From NCBI GenBank assembly GCA_041677685.1, contig JBAYPN010000017.1, forward strand, positions 1 through 15,291: a DNA stretch of 15,291 nucleotides, written 5' to 3'. The notes under the pieces are model-generated. The model saw only the letters and a program-made list of their open reading frames with translations. It was not told where the DNA came from and made no database searches. Positions 1-5,392 of this stretch are shown in pieces. The position numbers and the translations under genes were made by a program. The stretch is from an archaeon (GTDB lineage: Archaea > Iainarchaeota > Iainarchaeia > Iainarchaeales > CSSED10-239). Each line of letters begins with the position of its first letter. Within the stretch, counting starts at the first letter, position 1.

Positions 1-128
1 AAACAAGTAGTGGAAAAATAATTAGAAGGATCTTAAGAGCAATTGCTTATGACTCAGAGGACTATGGAGATCTTTCAACCTTAGTAAACCCAGAGACAAT
101 TGAGCAAATTAAATTGAAGAAGTTGTAA
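1..128 (+). CDS. 3' end of an unidentified CDS (partial, runs off the left edge)
   Basis: Frame 3 is open from the window edge to TAA at 126-128 and translates to ...SSGKIIRRILRAIAYDSEDYGDLSTLVNPETIEQIKLKKL*. I recognise no family with confidence. The ORF track omits it because it is truncated. Confidence 0.4.
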   Translation, partial: TSSGKIIRRILRAIAYDSEDYGDLSTLVNPETIEQIKLKKL

Positions 129-276
129 AAAGAGGTTGTAAAGATAAGTTATAGGAAGAGATTTTTCTAATAATATAAGTTATTTTTTGAAAGAGAAACT
201 ATTCTTTACAAGAACAATTTAATTTTCCATCAACAAGGGGAGTTAACTTTGTCAACTCTTTTCTCTTCTTCTATTT

Positions 277-292
277 ACTTAGTTAACTAAGT
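277..292. repeat. perfect 16-nt palindrome ACTTAGTTAACTAAGT followed by CTTTTT
   Basis: Verified base by base as self-complementary. It shares an AGTTAAC core with an imperfect hairpin at 240-258 (GAGTTAAC-TTT-GTCAACTC, 7 of 8 pairs) that is followed by a T-rich run. It lies in the intergenic region between the partial CDS and ORF 375-677. It could be an operator or a terminator hairpin, and I cannot tell which. Confidence 0.5.
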
Positions 293-374
293 CTTTTTAT
301 ATTTTAATTTAGGTATTATTTATTATGTCAATTATTTTATAAGTTAAGATAATTTAAAAAGAGGTATTTTAAAT

Positions 375-677
375 ATGGTAAATATAAAATATAAGCAAGG
401 TGTAGATTATGGTCTTGCAAAGAAAAATACAAATGTTTCTTTGTCCTTAATTCTTTCTGATTTAAGAAAATTACAAAGATTACTTTCTACAAATATTGAG
501 CAGATGTCAAAAGTTCAATTAACAACTTTAAAAAAAGAAATTTTAAACTTACAATATAATCTTTCAGAAAATATTTCTAAAAAATCATTATCTAGTAATA
601 TTGTTTCTGAGTTTGAGAATTTAGATTACGATATTAAAGATAAGATTTTAGAGATTGATAAAAAGTTTTTAAATTAA
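375..677 (+). CDS. hypothetical small protein, probably helical or coiled-coil
   Basis: 100-aa ORF with ATG at 375, preceded by AAAGAGGT (GAGGT at 361-365, 9-nt spacer). No recognisable motifs, and the composition is Leu/Lys/Ser/Asn-rich. Confidence 0.5.
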   Translation: MVNIKYKQGVDYGLAKKNTNVSLSLILSDLRKLQRLLSTNIEQMSKVQLTTLKKEILNLQYNLSENISKKSLSSNIVSEFENLDYDIKDKILEIDKKFLN

Positions 678-921
678 TTTCTTTAATTTTCTTTACAATA
701 ATTAATTTAATATACGAGACATAATTATGAAAGAAATTTATAAACAAAAAAGAAAACAATTCTAAATTTTTAAATAAAATTCAGAAAGAAAAAATGAAAA
801 AGCTGTAGGATAATAAAGGAGATGAGGTTTGGGGTTAATTATAATTTTGGTTTTATTATAATTGCCTAAATTTAATTTATTGATAATTTTGATTTTGTAA
901 TTTAATTAATCGTTTTATAAA

Positions 922-1128
922 TCATTTTTTCTTTTTCAATTCATTTAGTTCTTTTAACAAACCCACTAAGTCAATATCGTACATCTCAGCAATCTGTCCA
1001 AGATTTAATAGATCAAGTTCCATTCTTGCCATTGGACAAGTAACACAAGGTACTGCAAACTTTGCTAAGATTTCTTGTCCTCTCTTAATATCATAAACTT
1101 CTCCAAGTTTTGTTTTTTCTGTAAACAT
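922..1128 (-). CDS. DUF1858 protein (hybrid-cluster-protein-associated redox disulfide domain, ScdA_N-like)
   Basis: 68 aa. The pattern L.E......G.EILAKF..PCVTCPMA....L.L..IAEMYDIDL..LL.ELN matches the DUF1858 pattern (...C.gCp.a..etl..aa..hgid...ll..ln). It has a CxxC pair. GAGG lies 8 nt upstream of the ATG. It is the last gene of the isc operon. Confidence 0.7.
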   Translation of the reverse strand: MFTEKTKLGEVYDIKRGQEILAKFAVPCVTCPMARMELDLLNLGQIAEMYDIDLVGLLKELNELKKKK

Positions 1129-1175
1129 ATTTTTGTCCTCTTTCTTCTTTTTTTAAAAAATGTCATATTTTTTTC

Positions 1176-1628
1176 TTAATGCTCACAACATCTGTAACAT
1201 GCGTCTTTTTTCTCAAGTTCAGAAATATCATAGCCTTGTTTTTTATAATAATCTTTAATTGCCATATGCAAAGTGTCTGCTGCCAAATTTGAACAGTGCA
1301 TTTTGATTGGAGGTAAACCATCAAGTTCTTTTGCAACACTTGCATTTGTGATTTTCATAGCTTTTTCTAAAGTTTTTCCTTTTGCAAGTTCTGTAATCAT
1401 AGAAGAGGTAGATATTGCTGCTGCACAACCCATTGTCTGAAATTTAATATCTTTTATGTATTCTACACCTTCTTTATCTTTTTCAACCTGGATGTAAACC
1501 TGCATGACATCTCCACACAAAAAATTTCCCATTTGACCAACACCATCTGCATTTTCAAGTTTCCCCATATTTCTAGGATTAAGGAAATGGTCTTTTACTT
1601 TTTCTGAATAGCTTGTGTTATTTACCAT
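1176..1628 (-). CDS. iscU: IscU/NifU-type Fe-S cluster assembly scaffold with a Cys-rich C-terminal tail
   Basis: The three canonical cluster-ligand motifs are present: GNFLCGDVM, FQTMGCAAAISTSS and PPIKMHCSNLAADTL. The N-terminus reads KVKDHFLNPRNMG. GTGATC lies 5 nt upstream of the ATG. An extra tail reads ...KKDACYRCCEH. Confidence 0.9.
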   Translation of the reverse strand: MVNNTSYSEKVKDHFLNPRNMGKLENADGVGQMGNFLCGDVMQVYIQVEKDKEGVEYIKDIKFQTMGCAAAISTSSMITELAKGKTLEKAMKITNASVAKELDGLPPIKMHCSNLAADTLHMAIKDYYKKQGYDISELEKKDACYRCCEH

Positions 1629-1635
1629 AAACTGA

Positions 1636-2442
1636 TCACATTTTTAATTGTCTTAATTCTTTATTTCTTTTTAATATGTAGGTTGTAAATTTTTTAGAAA
1701 CTGCGCTATACATCTCATTAGACATTTGTTTTTCTCCTCTAATACGACTAATAATATTTGCAATTTCTAAAAGATCTGTGTTTACTGTCATAAAATCTAA
1801 TTTATTATTTATTTTTTTAATTTTGTCAAAATCAATCAAATATACTTTTGGGTTTTTAGAAGAGATGTCTATTGCCCAATTTCCTAAATGAGGATGTGAG
1901 TGTGTATAATCATTTTTTAATAACTGTAATGTTATTTTTGTAATCTGTAAACTTATACTGTTTTTTTGTTCTTTTGTAAATTGAGAAATTACATTTTTTT
2001 CAATTAATCTTTCAATAGTTACAAGATTTTTTACAATAGATTGGTTGTCTTTTCCAAGTAAATATCTTTGTCCAATTGCTTTAGACTTAACTAACACCTG
2101 TCCTTTTTTAATTTCAAAATTATTTTCTTTTATTTCTTTTCTTATTTCTTTTAAAATTTTATTCCCTGTGCCCTCTATTTGCTCAACAGAAATTCCTTTG
2201 TCAAAAAGTTCTTTCCACATCCTGTATTTGTCTTTAGCCATGGTTTTATATACAAAACCTTCTTTATAAAATTTAAAGTTTGGTTCATGTACTGTTTGTT
2301 TTTGAATAACAAATACTTTTTTAGGTTTATTTCTACTAACTCTATATTTATTCTGTAGATCTTTTAATCCAAAAGTACTTTTCTTAAGTATCTCTTTATT
2401 CTTTTTAATTTCTTGCGGAGTTCTTCTTTTAATCTTCATCAT
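1636..2442 (-). CDS. hypothetical protein with a protein-kinase/APH-like catalytic core in which the catalytic Asp is replaced by His
   Basis: 268-aa ORF wedged 3 nt after the iscS stop and 7 nt before the iscU start. H181-S-H-P-H-L-G-N188 resembles the HGDLHPGN catalytic loop of the APH/Kdo/ABC1-type kinase fold, with H where the catalytic D should be. LIDFD (D204-F-D206) resembles the DFG/DFD Mg-binding motif. A candidate VAIK-type Lys is in GFVYKT. This is a motif-level call only. Confidence 0.55.
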   Translation of the reverse strand: MMKIKRRTPQEIKKNKEILKKSTFGLKDLQNKYRVSRNKPKKVFVIQKQTVHEPNFKFYKEGFVYKTMAKDKYRMWKELFDKGISVEQIEGTGNKILKEIRKEIKENNFEIKKGQVLVKSKAIGQRYLLGKDNQSIVKNLVTIERLIEKNVISQFTKEQKNSISLQITKITLQLLKNDYTHSHPHLGNWAIDISSKNPKVYLIDFDKIKKINNKLDFMTVNTDLLEIANIISRIRGEKQMSNEMYSAVSKKFTTYILKRNKELRQLKM

Positions 2443-2445
2443 CTC

Positions 2446-3597
2446 TCACTTTGAAAAAGGAGACATCTTTGTTAACTTCTCAATAATTATAGGTAAGACC
2501 TCTATTACCTTTTCAATTTCTTTTTTGGTTGTTTCTTTCCCTAAACTTATTCTTATGACCCCATTTGTTTCTTCAGGCTTAACATCAATAGCTTTAATTA
2601 CATGATTTGTTTGTAAGGTATTTGAGGAGCAAGCAGAACCAGTTGAAACCTTAATTCCTAAAAGATCTAAATGTAAAAGAATTGATTCTCCCTCAATATA
2701 ATTAAATCTAAAATTTATATTATTGCACAGTCTATTTTCTTTAGGTCCATTTAATTTAGCAGAAGGAATTTTTTTAAGAACTTTAGAAATTAAATAATCT
2801 CTAAGTTCAGTCATCCTAATAACATCTTCTTTAGTAATCACTTCAGTTGCTTTTGAAAAACCAACAATCCCAGAAACATTTAAAGTTCCACTTCTAAGAT
2901 TATATTCATGCCCCCCACCATGTAGCAAAGGTGTAATTTTAATTCCGTTCTTAACTAATAAAGCTCCAACACCTTTAGGTCCATAGATCTTATGAGCATT
3001 AATTGTAATTAAGGAAATATTATCTTCTTCTAAGTCAATTGGTATCTTTGTAAAACTTTGGCAAGCATCTGTATGGAATAATGTTTCTTTCTCTTTACAG
3101 ATTCTACCAATTTCTTTAATATTTTGAACAGTTCCAATCTCATTATTTGCATGAATTATTGAAACTAGAATTGTGTCTTTTCTAATTTTCTTTTTTAAAG
3201 TTTCTAAGTCAATAAAGCCTTCTTTGTTAACATCTAAGTAAGTAACTTCAAAGCCCTCTTTTTCTAAAAACTTTGCAGTATTTAGTATACAGTCATGCTC
3301 AATTTTACTAACAATTATGTGTTTTCCTTTTTCCTTATAACTATTTGCAATTCCTTTAAGTGCAAGGTTATTACTTTCTGTCCCTCCAGAAGTAAATATT
3401 AATTTGTAATTGTTTGCATTTAGTTTTTTTTTAATGTTTTCTCTTGCATCTTCTACCCTTTCTTTGGCATAGTTGCCTAAAGAGTGTAAGCTTGCAGAAT
3501 TTCCATAGTGATCAGTAAGAAAAGGTTTTATCTCTTTGTAAACATCTTTGTCAAGAGGTGTTGTTGCTGCATAATCTAAATATATAATTTCTGTCAT
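2446..3597 (-). CDS. iscS: cysteine desulfurase (IscS/NifS type, PLP-dependent)
   Basis: The protein starts MTEIIYLDYAATTPLD. Other motifs are TSGGTESNN, the PLP-Lys motif NAHKIYGPKGVGAL, and the active-site loop STGSACSS. I place the start at ATG 3597 (383 aa) rather than the ORF-track start at 3669. ATG 3597 is preceded by GTGAT with a 6-nt spacer and gives the canonical N-terminus. The longer version would overlap the arsR 3' end and has no ribosome-binding site. Confidence 0.9.
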   Translation of the reverse strand: MTEIIYLDYAATTPLDKDVYKEIKPFLTDHYGNSASLHSLGNYAKERVEDARENIKKKLNANNYKLIFTSGGTESNNLALKGIANSYKEKGKHIIVSKIEHDCILNTAKFLEKEGFEVTYLDVNKEGFIDLETLKKKIRKDTILVSIIHANNEIGTVQNIKEIGRICKEKETLFHTDACQSFTKIPIDLEEDNISLITINAHKIYGPKGVGALLVKNGIKITPLLHGGGHEYNLRSGTLNVSGIVGFSKATEVITKEDVIRMTELRDYLISKVLKKIPSAKLNGPKENRLCNNINFRFNYIEGESILLHLDLLGIKVSTGSACSSNTLQTNHVIKAIDVKPEETNGVIRISLGKETTKKEIEKVIEVLPIIIEKLTKMSPFSK

Positions 3598-3604
3598 AAG
3601 ATTA

Positions 3605-3907
3605 TCACTTTTCTGTAATATTACATTTCCCTTTACAAAAGTTAGCTGTATGTTTGTTAACAATTTCAACTAGGGGCTTAATTGTTTCTTTATTTAAAGA
3701 ATATTTAATATATTTGCCTTCCCTTTTTGAAAAAACAATATTACAGTTTGATAATGTTTTAAGATTGTGACTAACTTTTGATTGTTCCTCATCAATATCT
3801 TTACAGATGTCTTGTACAAACTTGTCAGACAAATATAAGGAATTAATGATTTTCCACCTTGTTTTGTTTGAAAGAACATTAAACAAAAAGTATGATTTGC
3901 ATTTCAT
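3605..3907 (-). CDS. ArsR/SmtB-family winged-helix transcriptional regulator, Cys-rich
   Basis: 100 aa. The pattern NVLSNKTRWKIINSL....FVQDICKDIDEEQSKVSHNLKTLSNCNIVFSKREGKYIKYSL is the typical ArsR HTH plus wing. It has five Cys, including a C-terminal FCKGKC. It is the first gene of the isc operon and has no ribosome-binding site, so it is probably leaderless. Confidence 0.8.
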   Translation of the reverse strand: MKCKSYFLFNVLSNKTRWKIINSLYLSDKFVQDICKDIDEEQSKVSHNLKTLSNCNIVFSKREGKYIKYSLNKETIKPLVEIVNKHTANFCKGKCNITEK

Positions 3908-3909
3908 AT

Positions 3910-3938
3910 ATAAGCTTATGATTAAAAAGTATTTTAAA
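3910..3938 (-). promoter_or_regulatory. putative leaderless promoter of the arsR-isc operon: a TATA-like box plus a 10-nt palindrome
   Basis: On the minus strand, TTTAAAAT (plus-strand coordinates 3931-3938) is centred about 27 nt upstream of the arsR ATG at 3907. The perfect palindrome ATAAGCTTAT (3910-3919) sits between the box and the ATG. A 10-nt palindrome is not statistically remarkable in DNA this AT-rich. Only its position is suggestive. Confidence 0.3.
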
Positions 3939-4020
3939 CATATTTGTTGTTTAGGAAAAAATTTAAATAAAATGTTTAAGTTGGTTTTTTTAAATATAAT
4001 TTCTATCTTAAATCAAAATT

Positions 4021-5217
4021 TTAAATTTTAGAATCTTTATCTAAAATAATATCTTTTGCTTTTTCAAGATCTTTATTATACAATAATTCAAATAGTCTTT
4101 GGCTATCAAAAGAATTAGAAAATTGTGTCTGCTTTAGTTGTTCAAAAAATATTTCTCTAGAGATTCCCTCAACATTAGCTTTTTTAGTTTGTAGTTCTTT
4201 TAGCTTTTCTAAGCTTTCCTTAAGCCTCTTCTCATCAATCTTATTTGAAAAAGAAAGGTAAAGTTCAGGAAACTCAAGTTCTATTTTTTTCAAATCTAAA
4301 TCCTTTGAAAAATATCCTTCTTCTAAGTCCCCTTTAATCCTTACCCTTACCATTGGTTTTTTATTATATTTTTTATTATTTATTTCTGTAAGTCTTTTTC
4401 TAATCTCTAAGGTTATTGTTTGTATGTCTACTTTATTAAATTTTAAATCAATATAAAAGATAGGTCTTGTGTTTTTAATTTCTTCAAAAACTAAATTGTT
4501 GGTGTTTGTGTCAAGCAAGTAAAAGCCCTTAGGTTTGTCTGCTTCTAATTTTTTATTTTGAGTAGACACTGTTGAGCCTGGCATCATAAATTTACCACCT
4601 TGTTCTAGATCAACAACAATGTTCCAATGAAGATGCCCATTAATAATTAAATTAAAATTAGCTGGGAGGTTTGATAAAGAAAGCATGTCCTCTGAGTCAA
4701 ACGGTAGATATTCTTTAAAAGATTGATGAACCATCAAAATATTATATTCATTTGGAACTGGTAGAGGATTAAACTTATTTAAAATATCTTTTGCATATCT
4801 GTCAGGAACCCCCCCTAAACCAAAGACATTAACATCTCCTATTTTTACAGAAGTTGCATGTAAGACTTTTAAAAAGCCAATAACTTCTAAAAGCTCAACT
4901 GTTGATTTATAGTCTTTACCTTTAAATTCATGATTTCCAAAAATAGAGAGCATTGGTATTTTTAATATCATACCTTCTGCATTTTTTAAATTAATTTTGT
5001 TTTCAGTATCTACATTGTTTAGTAATTTTATAGCTTCATAGTAGACCTCATGGTTAGGATCTTTTTTATCAAACAAATCTCCAGCAACAAGAATCAAGTC
5101 AACATCTTTACTTTTAATTTGTTCAAAGGCTTGTGACAACTGTGCAAAAGAATCAAATTCTAAATCACTACCCCAGTTAAGTCCAAGGTGCCAATCACTA
5201 ATTATTGCAATTTTCAT
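4021..5217 (-). CDS. mre11: Mre11-type DNA double-strand-break repair nuclease (calcineurin-like metallophosphoesterase)
   Basis: The phosphoesterase motifs occur in order: IISDWHLG, LILVAGDLFD, IFGNHE, MVHQ and INGHLH. A KGFYLLD capping-domain segment and a helical C-terminal tail follow. The protein is collinear by eye with Pyrococcus Mre11 as I remember it. Confidence 0.85.
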   Translation of the reverse strand: MKIAIISDWHLGLNWGSDLEFDSFAQLSQAFEQIKSKDVDLILVAGDLFDKKDPNHEVYYEAIKLLNNVDTENKINLKNAEGMILKIPMLSIFGNHEFKGKDYKSTVELLEVIGFLKVLHATSVKIGDVNVFGLGGVPDRYAKDILNKFNPLPVPNEYNILMVHQSFKEYLPFDSEDMLSLSNLPANFNLIINGHLHWNIVVDLEQGGKFMMPGSTVSTQNKKLEADKPKGFYLLDTNTNNLVFEEIKNTRPIFYIDLKFNKVDIQTITLEIRKRLTEINNKKYNKKPMVRVRIKGDLEEGYFSKDLDLKKIELEFPELYLSFSNKIDEKRLKESLEKLKELQTKKANVEGISREIFFEQLKQTQFSNSFDSQRLFELLYNKDLEKAKDIILDKDSKI

Positions 5218-5307
5218 AAACTTTTTTCCATTTTCTTTATAAATACTTCTAATAATAAATAATATATAGAGAGTAAGTAATTTATTAATTACTAATTCTT
5301 TTACAAA

Positions 5308-5378
5308 GCCAAGATGGCAGATCGGTTATGCCTCCGCCTGCAGAGCGGAAGAGTAGGGTTCGACTCCCTATCTTGGCT
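5308..5378 (+). tRNA. tRNA-Cys (anticodon GCA)
   Basis: Cloverleaf folded by hand. The acceptor stem is GCCAAGA/TCTTGGC. The D stem is GCAG/ATGC with a G-A mismatch, and the D-loop has GG. The anticodon stem is TCCGC/GCGGA with loop CTGCAGA (GCA at 5340-5342). The variable region is 4 nt. The T arm is TAGGG-TTCGACT-CCCTA. The discriminator is U73, the known Cys identity element. CCA is not encoded. A TTTATTAA box lies at 5281-5288. Confidence 0.9.
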
Positions 5379-5380
5379 CA

Positions 5381-5387
5381 TTTTTTT
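5381..5387 (+). terminator. oligo-T (T7) archaeal-type terminator after tRNA-Cys
   Basis: A T7 run begins 3 nt after the tRNA discriminator. Oligo-T tracts are the established archaeal termination signal. Confidence 0.5.
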
Positions 5388-5392
5388 AATTT

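Noticed and set aside
1-128. The partial left-edge CDS, considered as ribosomal protein S19e because of a GSGxIIR-like SSGKIIRRIL motif.
   Set aside because: The similarity is limited to about 8 residues, and the remaining C-terminal sequence does not follow the S19e pattern I remember. I left it unassigned.
678-921. The 244-nt convergent intergenic region, with a 12-aa ORF at 727, a 15-aa ORF at 825, and ATTATAATT direct repeats. I checked it for sRNA genes or micro-ORFs.
   Set aside because: It has no GC-rich structured segment, unlike the two tRNAs, which stand out clearly. It has no box motifs. The GGAG abuts the 825 ATG with no spacer. The short repeats are expected in DNA this AT-rich.
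3598-3669. The ORF-track start of the cysteine desulfurase at 3669 adds 24 N-terminal residues (MKLLTNIQLTFVKGNVILQKSDNL).
   Set aside because: The extension overlaps the 3' end of the arsR gene and has no ribosome-binding site. It is also absent from the canonical IscS/NifS N-terminus. ATG 3597 has a GTGAT site and yields MTEIIYLDYAATTP, so the extension is most likely an artefact of taking the longest ORF.
5218-5392. The tRNA-Cys locus, and likewise tRNA-Arg at 12509-12581, considered as integration sites for a mobile element or genomic island.
   Set aside because: There is no integrase, no duplicated tRNA 3' half (att-like direct repeat) elsewhere in the window, and no compositional shift. 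The flanking genes are core housekeeping genes.
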